A DNA stretch of 64,000 nt from the NCBI GenBank assembly GCA_965205025.1, contig CBDBFU010000001.1, positions 1-64,000 of the forward strand, read 5' to 3'. The notes beneath the pieces were generated by a model, which saw only the letters and a list, made by a program, of their open reading frames with translations, did no database searches and was not told the DNA's origin. A program made the position numbers and the translations under genes. The number at the start of each line of letters is the position of its first letter. Position 1 is the stretch's first letter. The stretch is from Candidatus Poribacteria bacterium (lineage in GTDB: Bacteria > Poribacteria > WGA-4E > WGA-3G). Shown piece after piece: positions 37,332 to 48,201 of this stretch.

Positions 37332-39936
37332 ATGAAATATATTATTACTTCCATAGTTTTATTTACTGCTTTTTTTACTGTTGTCCAAGCACTCCCACCA
37401 GATCCAGAACTACAAAAACGCAATACAAACAGCACGAGAGTTCAAAACCTAAAACCAAGATATACCTTTGACGAGATCGACAAATGTGCAACTGATAGTT
37501 TCGTCACTATCGCAAAAAATTGGCAAAACCTACCCTCTATACACAGGCGAGAACTCAAACCTATCTTTCTACGTCCCGGACTTCCGGGCAGCTTCTTCGG
37601 CGATATTACATTACCGTTACAATTCAATACACCGCACTTCAGAATTCACTATACACGGGTAGAACCGCATGCACCGCCACTTGAAGATTTTCATCGAAGA
37701 ACGGTGTTCCTGATTATGTGGATATATGTGCAGATGCCCTGGAACGATCATACCACATCCAAATTGACTTGATGGGTTTTAAAAACCGTATAGTGATTTT
37801 TGGGCTGCACAGAACGGTGGCAATCATAAATACGATGTCTACCTTTTTACATTTCCCGCACTTGGAATTGCAACCGCAGATTGGTTCGAAGGTCGCGTCC
37901 TATCCACAGCGTTAACTGTTGCTCCCTATTTCATGATCAATTCGCGTATTTACGATTATGTCGGTAAAGCAGAGGGAATACGTTATCTTGAAACAACCTG
38001 TGCTCATGAATTTTCTACACGGTATACAGTTCGGGTACAATGCGTATATGCCAACATGGTTTATGGAAGCATCCGCAACATGGATAGAAATCATGACCTA
38101 CGATGGTGGACTTGTCGACGACGGGGACAATATACCTGACCCTGACGAACCTAACGAAACGAATTCCTATAACTATTATATCAACCAACTACGTCGATGG
38201 TTTCTTATTCCCGATATTTCCCTTGAAAGTAGAATAGGAGATCATGAATACGGGTCAGTTATTTGGACACTGTATATGGCGGAAAGATTCGGATACGACA
38301 TCGTACGACAATTCTACGCTAACACAACGGATGGGAGTTATCGAGAATTTGGCAACTTCTACGATGTTTTCATAAATAATGGCACTACCCTTGCAGAAGC
38401 ATTCAAGACTTTTACTGTTTGGAACTATTTTACACATACACGTGCCTATACAAATCTTGAACTACCGGGATATAGGAATGCTCATCGTTTCCCACCTGTT
38501 GCTATCCATCCTAATGATGTCCATACAAGCTATCCGATACGGACTGATTTCATTCAGAATCAATGCCTGAACACTTCGCATCTCGATATATTGTCTTTCG
38601 TCCTTCAGGTATTATCCCAGAATTCACTTTAAGATTGATGGTGCAGACCTCGCACCGATAGACATGAATACGCTAATAGATACGGATAAAGTGGCAATTG
38701 AGAATGAACTCAGAAGACACAGTAATACGGGCTACGTGGATGGGCTGCAAAATTCATTGTCAAAAAACGGATCGGAAATACAGAAATCAAAGAGGCGTTC
38801 ACATATCAACGGTCCCAAGAGGCACAAATGACCTTCACAGATTTTGGTGGGATATTAAAGAAATCACACTCATCCTTATTAATATGCACCCTGATGTGGA
38901 ACAGGTTATAATCCCAGGTGGCACATTTGGTGGGTCTGTTAGCGTGATAGCTGGTGTTCCACCATCAGGACAAATCTCAACTGCACAGGTCGCACACGGA
39001 AGTAGAGGTCCAATTATCAATTGGACACTTGGTGATCCTGCAGATATACATGAAATTGTTATTGTCAGGAAACGATATCTTATAGAAAATGAAACTGATA
39101 CCCCGCAACCTTTCGAAACACCAGATGACGTCAGTGCAGTTGATAGGAATTGGGGATGGCATTGCCGAAGACGATATTACAATCGTAGGACGCGTTGGAC
39201 CCCACCCAAACTCAGTTTCAAGATACTACTGTCTTTCAAGATGTAGATTTAGAGTTCTATGAACCAACTGACGTTCACTATTATTACGCGGTTGTTCCGG
39301 TAAATGATATAGGTATTATGGGTACACCGACTATAATTTCAGAGAGTGTTACACCGAGCACGAGCATAGATGCCTTAAACGGGGCACCGGCATTTTTTAT
39401 TAATACACAACCGCATGCTACAGGTGTGTGGAATGTTGAAGTACAAAGTACACACTCACTGCAAAGCGCTCCATACTTGACAGTAGAAAGTCCTAATAGA
39501 GATAATTATACTATTACATTGACACAAGAAACAGCAACAAAATGGAGAGGGAACACTTCGCACTAATGGGATTTCCACCTGCGTGTATCTATCTGTATAC
39601 TATTCGTGGAAAAACACCTTCTGGGATTACAGGGAACCAAATTTGGCAGGGACGTATTTTCAACTATGCAGTAAAGTATACAGGTAGAAATGTTGTCGTT
39701 GCACCGAATCCTATTCGACCTGAACAATGGAAACCAACACATATCTTTCTATCCAAACGGGTTAAGCGTTGAAATCTACGATATATCAGGAAATCTAATT
39801 AAAGTCCTTGATAACGCATCTAATTGGGATTGTACTAACCAACGTGGTGAAAGAGTGTGTGCTGGATTATACTTTTTCCGGGCGTCTGATGGAAATGGGA
39901 TATCAGAGTACTGGGAAATTCTCTGTCGTAAAATAA
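37332..39936 (+). CDS. Large secreted zinc metalloprotease (MXAN_6640-like) with a C-terminal FlgD/T9SS-like domain; many indels
   Basis: Signal peptide; HFRIHY, TCAHE-F(L)H, WFMEASATW, HEYGSVIW; C-terminal APNP...VEIYDISGNLIKVL...WD.TN.RG.RV..G.YF. Confidence 0.65.
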
Positions 39937-40763
39937 TGAAAAATACTCAAATCTCAATCTGCCCCTTTTTAGTTATTCTCTTTCTACTATTCCTTGTGAG
40001 TTGTGATGAAGGTCTGATTGATCCACACGGTGAAACAAAAATACCAACACCCGATACAACAGGAACATTAACGGCTATTGATTTTCCAACAGATACAGGA
40101 TCGGCATGGACATACATCAACGTTGATACCGGTCAGGAATTCACGCTCCGTGTTAGAGGCACTCGTGACATCAGTGGAACAACGCATCGGCAGATGACCA
40201 TTAGCCCACTTACCACTGCGGAACCGGACGAGTTCATCCTTGATACTGTTGATCATTTGGCAGCAAACGCATATTATTTTCGATTCTTTGAAACCGATTT
40301 TTATCCCGGAATCCCCCCGATTTTGGCTACCTACTTTACAAAACCCCACAAGCGTTGGTGGAATCCGCTTATGATGCCTTTCTTTCGCCCCAAAATCCGG
40401 TATTTCACCAAAAACACTTTCCGCCGCGTCTACTATGGATTTTCCGTTAGAGGTTAACAAAGAATGGGTTGTTTTTGACAAAAACATAGTGATCCGGTCT
40501 CTGCTACTCGGTATGTAGCAGAGAAAGATGTACAAATTTCTGTGCCTGCTGGGAGATATAGTACTTATGTTGTCTACGAAGAAGTTATCTACGGAGATAG
40601 TGACGATCCGACAGTTAGCCTGATTAGTCACCCGCAATATATTGGGTGGCACCATCAGTTGGGGTCGTAAGGTATAGATTCAGTCGTTACCGCTACAGAC
40701 ACATTTCAAACACAAACCTTCGAACTGAAAAGTGTTCACCTTCCCGGTCCTCATAGAAATTAA
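39936..40763 (+). CDS. Lipoprotein, hypothetical (indels)
   Basis: MKNTQ...LLFLVSC lipobox; FP...GSAWTY and ISVPAG motifs typical of beta-rich lipoproteins. Confidence 0.55.
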
Positions 40764-40819
40764 AACACTGTTAAATAAGCAGTTCTCAGACATAGGATGT
40801 CAGTCAGTCGGGAACAGAT

Positions 40820-42065
40820 ATGAATGATGCCAATCATGATAAAGTTAACAGAATCCCGTTAGCACATCGAAATATACCTATTACTATCATTGGTGGAGGA
40901 ATCCATGGAATATCCATTGCACTTCAACTGCTCCGTGAAAAGCCAGTCGCTGCGAAACATCTTGTAATTGTGGATAGATATCCACAACCACTCACTGCTT
41001 GGCGACAGAAGACCGAACGCCAGGGAATGACATTTCTCAGATCCCCAGCCGTACACCATACCACACCTGATCCTCTCGGAATCGTTGATTATGCTAAACG
41101 TCATAATCGAACAGATGAATTGGCACCACCGTATTCACAACCATCCACAAGTCTATTTTGGGATTACTGTAATGACGCACTTGCTGAACTCACGGAACAC
41201 CCTATCTATTACCAGTTTGAAGTGTCGAAATTACAATGGGATAAAGGGACAGGTAAATATCCGTTCCGTATAATATCCACAAACAATGAAGGATTTCGTA
41301 GTAGTTGTATTATCCTTGCTATCGGTGCTGATGACTGTGCGTATGTACCGCCAGCATATACCGAATGGCAATACCAATTCCCAGATAGAATTATACATGC
41401 ATCTGAATTCTCGGTAGACTGTAAAGAAGTTTTTGATGAAGAAGGGAAAATAGTGATTGTTGGTGGAGGGTTAACCGCAGGAACATTGGCGAAAAGTCTA
41501 AGTGAACGCGGACATCACGTGATGCTAATTATGAGGAATAAGGTGAAGATTGAACAGTTCGATTTTCCACCAATCTGGTTAGGTCCAAAAGCACTTACTG
41601 AATTTTCAAATGAGACCGATTTCCTAAAAAAATACAAAATAATTCAGGAAAATAGAGGAGAGGGTAGTATCACACCGGGAGATTATGGATGTGTTAGAAA
41701 AAAGTCCAAACGTTGAAATCTATCCTGAGACCTATATTTGCAATGTTACCGCGTCACATCACTTACAAGTTGAAACAACACGCAGTATGATGTCGGGTGT
41801 ATCTCGTATTATTCTCGCAACAGGCTATAGATTCAACTTACGCAGATACGGATTCTTAAAAGAGTTAGTAGCACAACACACCATTCCACTTATCTGCGGT
41901 TTACCCAAACTTGATCCTGATTTACAATTCCATCCAATTGAGAATCTGTTCGGTACAGGCACTCTGGCGCAGCTTCAAATTGGACCAGCAGCAGGGAATA
42001 TTGCAGGTTCACGACTATCGTATGAACGATTCAAGGGAAAACTCTTCAAACAACTGTTTTTCTAA
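40820..42065 (+). CDS. FAD/NAD(P)-dependent oxidoreductase (lysine N6-hydroxylase-like), indel near 41680
   Basis: IIGGGIHG, GMTFLRSP, IVGGGLTA, WLGPK, ILATGY, GPAAGNI.G.R. Confidence 0.8.
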
Positions 42066-42262
42066 TGCCTATATATACTTAGAGATTGCTAAAATAAAAA
42101 TTCATCCTTTATAGTTTCTGTTTAAAACATAGATACATTACTTTACCTAATTGTTCTTAAGGATAGTTTTGAAGAATACCATACACTGGGATTTTCAAAA
42201 TTGGTTTTTTTTACTATTTGTATGAATCTTGATTGATGACATCTTTGTCAAATTAAATTGGT

Positions 42263-42317
42263 AAAGGTTAGGGTGGCAAGCACCTTAACAACTAATGTGA
42301 TTACAACCCTCACCTTT
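42263..42317. terminator. Imperfect inverted repeat downstream of the island membrane genes (terminator or mobile remnant)
   Basis: AAAGGTTAGGGTGGCAAGC ... GATTACAACCCTCACCTTT. Confidence 0.35.
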
Positions 42318-42338
42318 TAGCCAAAGTATAAATGACAG

Positions 42339-42650
42339 TCATTCTGAATTAAGTAATTTATCAATAGACCCTACTTTACATATAATTTCTACAGGACTAC
42401 CTATGTTAACATAAAATCCTAATACTTCCATTACCTTCACATTACCTTTGCTGTCTAAAAATTGAAACTTAGGATTCTTAATATAATAGTCATATTCGCC
42501 ACTTGGACTATTCATAGTTTTTATAATTTCTATATAAGAATTAGACGAATCAATATTTTCGGCTTTTGGACGGCCAAACATGAAAACCCCTATCACAACT
42601 AGTGCAAGACATATATATGCAGCGTATATTAAATTGTCTCGATTGAACAT
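42339..42650 (-). CDS. Single-TM hypothetical protein
   Basis: N-terminal hydrophobic helix; overlaps the upstream gene and uses an AGGGGG RBS. Confidence 0.6.
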   Translation of the reverse strand: MFNRDNLIYAAYICLALVVIGVFMFGRPKAENIDSSNSYIEIIKTMNSPSGEYDYYIKNPKFQFLDSKGNVKVMEVLGFYVNIGSPVEIICKVGSIDKLLNSE

Positions 42651-43282
42651 TGATTACCCCCTTTTAATTTTGATTGTAAAGACTGAATACGTCTAACAGA
42701 AACTGCGATTATCCCAAATATTATTATGCAAACAGATAATATATATCCTATTTTATTTTCTACTAATGGATAAATACCGATAACTATAAGTATTGTAAAT
42801 CCTAATTGAAATATGAAAGGTGCATGCAACTCGTGAAATGCCAACGGAAAATACAATTCTGCATCTTGATGCATTCTATCATAAGATTTCTTAATAAAGT
42901 CGTACTTGAGTTTGCATTCCAATTCTTTAATAACTTCATACCTATTAGATGTAGTATCTAAATATCCTAATATATTACGCAACCATGATTCCGACAACAT
43001 AGCACCTAATATACCTATGAGACACATTGATAATGCCATCACTTTTGGACTTAAATTAACTTTTTCACTTGATCCAGCAAAAACTACACTTAGTAAACCT
43101 CCGCTACGAAGTAGTGCTGTCAATGCTAAAATTATTACAGATAGAGCAAGTATATAATACCTATTAACGTTAACCCTCCTATTACTCATTTCATTCATGT
43201 TGTCAAAATGTAACTTGTAAATATCTAAATACTGGTTGTTTTCTGTGTCAGTATTAGAATCACTAACTTCATTACTTCCCAT
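42629..43282 (-). CDS. 4-TM membrane protein resembling the RipA/octameric membrane-protein family
   Basis: YLDIYKL...MSNRRVNVNRYY, W...I..Y......RYEVI.ELE, ELHAP..F; GAGG RBS. Confidence 0.6.
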   Translation of the reverse strand: MGSNEVSDSNTDTENNQYLDIYKLHFDNMNEMSNRRVNVNRYYILALSVIILALTALLRSGGLLSVVFAGSSEKVNLSPKVMALSMCLIGILGAMLSESWLRNILGYLDTTSNRYEVIKELECKLKYDFIKKSYDRMHQDAELYFPLAFHELHAPFIFQLGFTILIVIGIYPLVENKIGYILSVCIIIFGIIAVSVRRIQSLQSKLKGGNQCSIETI

Positions 43283-43582
43283 AAAAACCTCCTATTGAGA
43301 AAATATCTAAAATTTAATGTAACCTAATTGGTTAAAAAAACGTTTCGCAATTAGGACAATTTGTCACTGCATAACAACATATTATCATACCACAATTCTC
43401 GTTGCAACTTCTTTTTAATTCCACATGCATGATGTCTTGAAAAGAACGAAACTTTGGAGATTGCGTTTCAATATTGTCTAAAATGAAATTAACGATGTGA
43501 GAATTTTAAATTATTTCATAAACTATTCATTGCGATATGTAATAGAGATAATCTAGCATAAAGTTTCAAGGAGATTTATAGA

Positions 43583-45307
43583 TTGATACGATTCCCGAAT
43601 CCTGGTTCAGATATCAACAGTATCGTTAGGATATTCTACGAGATTTTTGAAGTACTAAATTCTCAAAACTCCTTTTCTCTTGATGATATATTATTAACTC
43701 TTATTGAGCGCGATTTAGCTACTTCGTGTGGATTCATGGGTGAAGAAGCCCTTTCGCTCTCAGTACGTCCGGATAGAAGCCGGGATCCTTTATACAATCA
43801 ATCCAAAATGTACTCTGAATTGTTTAAAATATTAGGTTGGATTCATCCGTTTGAACGTAAATTAAACTTTCGATTCACTTTTTTCGGAGCACATGTTATT
43901 GAAGCAAAACTGGATCCATCATCAATTTTTGAACAGTCTGCTTTGGGAATTGCTTATCCAAATGAGATTTTAGATGTTAAAGGAGATTATCAATTAAGAC
44001 CATTTGTAACCTTCCTGCGGACATTAGAAGCGTTAGATGGGTTGTTAGCGCGTGATGAGTTAATAATCGGTCCAATGTGCCTAGATAATGACCGCGATAA
44101 TAGACTTTTTGACAGTATGGTAGAGGAGATTCAAACTTTAAGGGGTTCTTCGGAAGCTTTGAATAAAAAAATGAAAGCAGTGGCTGGTCAAAGAAATATA
44201 TTACTCAATACAATGAGAAACTATACTCGGTTTCCCTTGGCGGTGTTGCGCTGGACAGGCTGGACAGAGGGTGAAACCAACAAAGTTATTTACGATAAAC
44301 CGATAAAGTTTGACAAATTAACGGATAAAGGATACAGAGTGTTGAAATTAATTGAGGGAAGTAAAGATATTAGGAAAACAGACTTACAAAAAATTAATCC
44401 GGCGACAAAAGATGCAATAACCCGCCTAGGTTTCTACCAGATTTTGGAAAGGGCAGGTTTTGATATAGATTCCATCAAGTCTATGCTTGTTGAGGATAAG
44501 GTTTTGGTCTCGAATTATTTGGGCACCACCGACTATTCTATCCTTTTTTCTCCCTTTCAGGAACTGCATTCTGATTACTTGCATACTATTTTCCCAAACT
44601 TATCTGGTAGCAAGACTTCCGATACTTCCTTAGATTTGTTCCATTCTCCTGTTCGTGGTAATGCTTCTGAAATCCTGTATTCAAGTGTTGAACTTAAAGG
44701 AGAAACAGGGCTTCTTATTATGGAATCAACTTCTGATCAACAGGATGTTGACAAAGAAATCCTTGGTGTTTTTAAGGATTCAATGGAGCAGGATAAGGGT
44801 CTAGAAGCGACAATAGAATCTATCATGTCTAAATACGCAGATTTAAACCAAGATAAATTCTATCCACTCGTTGAAAAATTGTTTAAAGCGATTGGATATG
44901 ATTGTAAACTTTCGAGGTATGGCGGAAACTATGAGAGATGGGATGCTATTATCAGAAGTCCGAAGCATTCGATACCAATAGAAATTAAGTCGCCCGGTGA
45001 AGAAATATTTCTGTCAGTTAAAGCTATTAGACAGGCACTCGAAAATAAAATTGTTTTGCTGGCTCGTAATGCATATCCTACAGAATTTAATGACACGTCA
45101 CTTGTTGTCTGCTATAAGTTACCTAATAACCGTTCCGAAGTTAATTCGTTAATTAATGATATATTTGAAGTTTATGATATAGTTATTGGAGTTATAGATT
45201 TTAGGACGCTGCTGCAAATTGCTGGATCTTGGTTGTTTCTGGAACAAGAACATGATAAAGGTAAGTTGGAGAAGTTACATGGCATTATCAAATTATCAAG
45301 TCCTTAA
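43583..45307 (+). CDS. Putative Type IIS-like restriction endonuclease (N-terminal recognition domain, C-terminal PD-(D/E)XK)
   Basis: C-terminal FYPLVEKLF...RWDAII...PIEIKS; LGW...LRPF..FL..L...L.RDEL motifs reminiscent of AlwI/FokI-type N-domains; AAGGAG RBS and TTG start; adjacent to two MTases. Confidence 0.7.
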   Translation: MIRFPNPGSDINSIVRIFYEIFEVLNSQNSFSLDDILLTLIERDLATSCGFMGEEALSLSVRPDRSRDPLYNQSKMYSELFKILGWIHPFERKLNFRFTFFGAHVIEAKLDPSSIFEQSALGIAYPNEILDVKGDYQLRPFVTFLRTLEALDGLLARDELIIGPMCLDNDRDNRLFDSMVEEIQTLRGSSEALNKKMKAVAGQRNILLNTMRNYTRFPLAVLRWTGWTEGETNKVIYDKPIKFDKLTDKGYRVLKLIEGSKDIRKTDLQKINPATKDAITRLGFYQILERAGFDIDSIKSMLVEDKVLVSNYLGTTDYSILFSPFQELHSDYLHTIFPNLSGSKTSDTSLDLFHSPVRGNASEILYSSVELKGETGLLIMESTSDQQDVDKEILGVFKDSMEQDKGLEATIESIMSKYADLNQDKFYPLVEKLFKAIGYDCKLSRYGGNYERWDAIIRSPKHSIPIEIKSPGEEIFLSVKAIRQALENKIVLLARNAYPTEFNDTSLVVCYKLPNNRSEVNSLINDIFEVYDIVIGVIDFRTLLQIAGSWLFLEQEHDKGKLEKLHGIIKLSSP

Positions 45308-46373
45308 GCAAAAGAAATCCTCCAAAAAACTAAAAACCCTAGTGTCAGGAGTCCGCCCGATTTCTATTGAATGGGAATCAAGTGAAAAACAATCTATAAT
45401 ACAATTCTCTGATGGTGGACGGGCGTCGGGTTCTTGCATCCACTGCATCAATCCACCATGTTTAGAATACACTGAGGGTGAATTTGAGCTGGAAACATTT
45501 AAGGAATTTCCTTCCGATAAAAATCCAGAAGTATGTCCAACCAAAGCAATAAGTTGGCCTCAGGCGAGTAATTCCCCGACAATAGACAGTGAAGCGTGTA
45601 TTTCCTGCGGGATATGTGTCAATCGATGTCCTGTCGCGGCAATTTACCTTGACCCAGATGAGACTACAGCAGTAATTAATGACCTGCCAAACGAGTACTT
45701 TATTTCTCAAGCTCAAGAAGTTTCTGAAACAGAGCAAAAAACTTTACTTGAAATGTTTTCTGCCATTCCTGTAGTTGGAAGCCTGATTTTAGAAAGTGAG
45801 GATCTACTCCAGCGTTTCTTTGATAAATTTAAGTCAATTACAGTTGATCAAAAACAAAGTGCTCAATTCCCTAATCATCTAGTGCGTAATTTACTGTTGG
45901 AGGTAGGTGTGAGTACGCTTATGCGTAGAAGAGGGGATACGAACATCAGAATGGATATCGTTTTTGAGTGCAGTGGGAAAAAAATAGGAACCTGTGAAGT
46001 TGAGTTAGGAAGTGCAGTTCTAGATGCTCCTAGAAATTTACTGGACAACATAGCAGTATTAGCTTCAAGATACAATCTTAACAAAAATGACATAATGCCA
46101 TTAGTCGTGACGCTTTCATTGCCAAACCAACGTTCGGAGTATTGGCAGGTCATAAAGGATATTAGACAAGTGTTAAACCTACAAATCAATTCTCTCACCA
46201 TTGGAATGTTAGTTCTGTTAGTTTGGAATAGGATTAAAATATCACTTGATTCTCAGGAAGTTCTTTATGCTGATTCAGACCTATACACTTTAAGAAATAA
46301 ATTTGAGCAGATGCTTGATAGAAAATTAAATATCACAGAAGGTTATCCTGGGTTCATAAAAAGTCAAAAGTAG
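45279..46373 (+). CDS. 2[4Fe-4S] ferredoxin-domain / PD-(D/E)XK-fold fusion protein
   Basis: CIHCINPPC...EVCPTKAI and CISCGICVNRCPVAAI (8 Cys); C-terminal RMDIVF...TCEVE; GGAG RBS; 29-nt overlap with the endonuclease gene. Confidence 0.75.
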   Translation: MALSNYQVLKQKKSSKKLKTLVSGVRPISIEWESSEKQSIIQFSDGGRASGSCIHCINPPCLEYTEGEFELETFKEFPSDKNPEVCPTKAISWPQASNSPTIDSEACISCGICVNRCPVAAIYLDPDETTAVINDLPNEYFISQAQEVSETEQKTLLEMFSAIPVVGSLILESEDLLQRFFDKFKSITVDQKQSAQFPNHLVRNLLLEVGVSTLMRRRGDTNIRMDIVFECSGKKIGTCEVELGSAVLDAPRNLLDNIAVLASRYNLNKNDIMPLVVTLSLPNQRSEYWQVIKDIRQVLNLQINSLTIGMLVLLVWNRIKISLDSQEVLYADSDLYTLRNKFEQMLDRKLNITEGYPGFIKSQK

Positions 46374-47133
46374 GATCTATTTGACTTTTCCATTCATGGA
46401 TCCTTTTGTCGGCAATTGCAATATACTCAGGATTAAGTTCAAAGCCTAAATAATGTCGATTTTCCATTAGAGCTGCTAAACATTCAGTTCCACTACCAAC
46501 AAAAGGTACTAATACCAAATTTTCTTTCATTGAAAAATGCTTGATTATCCGTCTTGATATTGACAACGGTTTTTGAGTTGGATGATTCACTTTCTCCTCA
46601 GCAAACCGTCGTCCTGAAAGAGTAGGAAATTTCCATACGTCACCGGCTAACCTTCCTTCTGGATGAGGAGTCCATACTTTACCATTCTTAATTATCTTAT
46701 GTTTTATACGCTCTTTACTTTTATAAGGTTCTCGAATTGGTATATATACAAAGTTCTCGCTTTTTGTCATCCATAGTAAAGGTTCATAGTGAGCAGCTGG
46801 TTTCTTTTTATATCTTGAAAAGCCATTTTCATAATTCCAGATAAATAATCGACCATACTTCATTCCCATATCCATTAAGTCAACCTGCAGGTAACAGATG
46901 TAGTCATGGATACCATAGAGAAATAAGGAACCGTTGTCTGTCAAAATCCTATGACATTCGGACAACCATTGTTGACACCATTCACGCCATACCGTTATAT
47001 TTTTAAAATTTTGGTTTATTCCAAAATCTTTTCCTATGTTATAAGGTGGATCCACTATAACCAATTCAGAAGATCTATCCGGTAAATCTTTCAGTAGTTG
47101 AACTGAATCCCCTTGAATAATTGTATTTTTCAT
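46354..47133 (-). CDS. Site-specific amino DNA methyltransferase, beta class (DPPY; m6A or m4C)
   Basis: IIQGDS, VDPPYN (motif IV), HPTQKP, LVPFVGSGT (motif I), GFELNPEY; start ATG 47133 lies 1 nt after the upstream stop. Confidence 0.93.
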   Translation of the reverse strand: MKNTIIQGDSVQLLKDLPDRSSELVIVDPPYNIGKDFGINQNFKNITVWREWCQQWLSECHRILTDNGSLFLYGIHDYICYLQVDLMDMGMKYGRLFIWNYENGFSRYKKKPAAHYEPLLWMTKSENFVYIPIREPYKSKERIKHKIIKNGKVWTPHPEGRLAGDVWKFPTLSGRRFAEEKVNHPTQKPLSISRRIIKHFSMKENLVLVPFVGSGTECLAALMENRHYLGFELNPEYIAIADKRIHEWKSQIDPTFDFL

Positions 47134-47134
47134 A

Positions 47135-48178
47135 TTACTGATGGAATATTTGGAAGAGAAGAATATACTGGTGATGGATATTTGGGATATAGCAAAATGG
47201 GTACCCGTATGGATATAGTTTCTTGTGTGTTTGTTCGAGCATTGAAATTCCAACTAACTTGATTGTATCATTACATAAGTTTTGGTATAAATCAGAATGG
47301 AATGGGTAAAATCTTGAACCGTGCCGAAAGTCGCTAACAATAATAGCCATATACCGTTTATTTTCAATTTTAATGGTTACTTTACGGAATATATTTGTTA
47401 GTTCTTGTAAAAATGTTTCGTACTTTTCAATATTTCCGAAATCATGCTGACTGTCTGAATATTGGGTAGCTAAATTTTTTTTCAATCTTGATTCTTTGAC
47501 TTTGTGATCACCATTTTTTGTTAATATATTCCAGTATGGAGGACTTGTTACCATAAACTGGAATTGTTCGTCTTTAAAATGTGAGAGGGCATTCCGGATA
47601 TCTTCACAGATGACCTTTTGACTGTGTTGAAGTCCGACTTCAACAGTGAGTCGTTCTTCTGAAAGTTCTGCCCACGTTGAACTTAATTCAACACCAATCC
47701 CTTTCCGATCTAAAAACGCACATGCCTTCAATGTAGATCCGATTCCACAAAAAGGATCGAGAACTTGATCTTTACTTTTTGTGAAGAAACGAATTAATCT
47801 GCCAACATCTTGATAAGAAAAAGGCGCCGGATGAAGTTGTTCGTAATAGGTGTGGGGATGTCCTTTTCCCAATCCTTTTTGTCTCCAGTTCGATTTTGTT
47901 TCTTGAATCCAAACTCGACCTGGTAAATCATTAAGTTTATTGCGTTCAGAATACTTATCATCCGGACGGTTTTCAATATTCAATACACATTTTGCTTCAT
48001 GTCGACATGCTTCGCTCATTGCTAAGACAATCTTGGATTCTGGAATACCAAATTCTCTCACTGCTCTAAGATTTGTTATTGATGAGTCTTGATCAAACAT
48101 TTCAAGTTGATTGGCTTTAATTTCGCCTGTTACATTAGTTGAAATTTGGTTTTCAGCCAATGCAGATGGTATTGTCAT
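47135..48178 (-). CDS. Site-specific DNA methyltransferase, SPPY type (probable m4C)
   Basis: KLNDL.G..W, HPAPF, VLDPFCGIGST (motif I) before VTSPPYW (motif IV). Confidence 0.92.
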   Translation of the reverse strand: MTIPSALAENQISTNVTGEIKANQLEMFDQDSSITNLRAVREFGIPESKIVLAMSEACRHEAKCVLNIENRPDDKYSERNKLNDLPGRVWIQETKSNWRQKGLGKGHPHTYYEQLHPAPFSYQDVGRLIRFFTKSKDQVLDPFCGIGSTLKACAFLDRKGIGVELSSTWAELSEERLTVEVGLQHSQKVICEDIRNALSHFKDEQFQFMVTSPPYWNILTKNGDHKVKESRLKKNLATQYSDSQHDFGNIEKYETFLQELTNIFRKVTIKIENKRYMAIIVSDFRHGSRFYPFHSDLYQNLCNDTIKLVGISMLEQTHKKLYPYGYPFCYIPNIHHQYILLFQIFHQ

Positions 48179-48201
48179 GATTGTCCCTCATTGTTTGCTA
48201 A

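Noticed and set aside
35392-42065. Dense cluster of fragmented ORFs suggesting genome decay or phase variation
   Set aside because: The fragments rejoin into coherent proteins with intact motifs; this fits a low-coverage, poorly polished stretch. Read mapping would decide.
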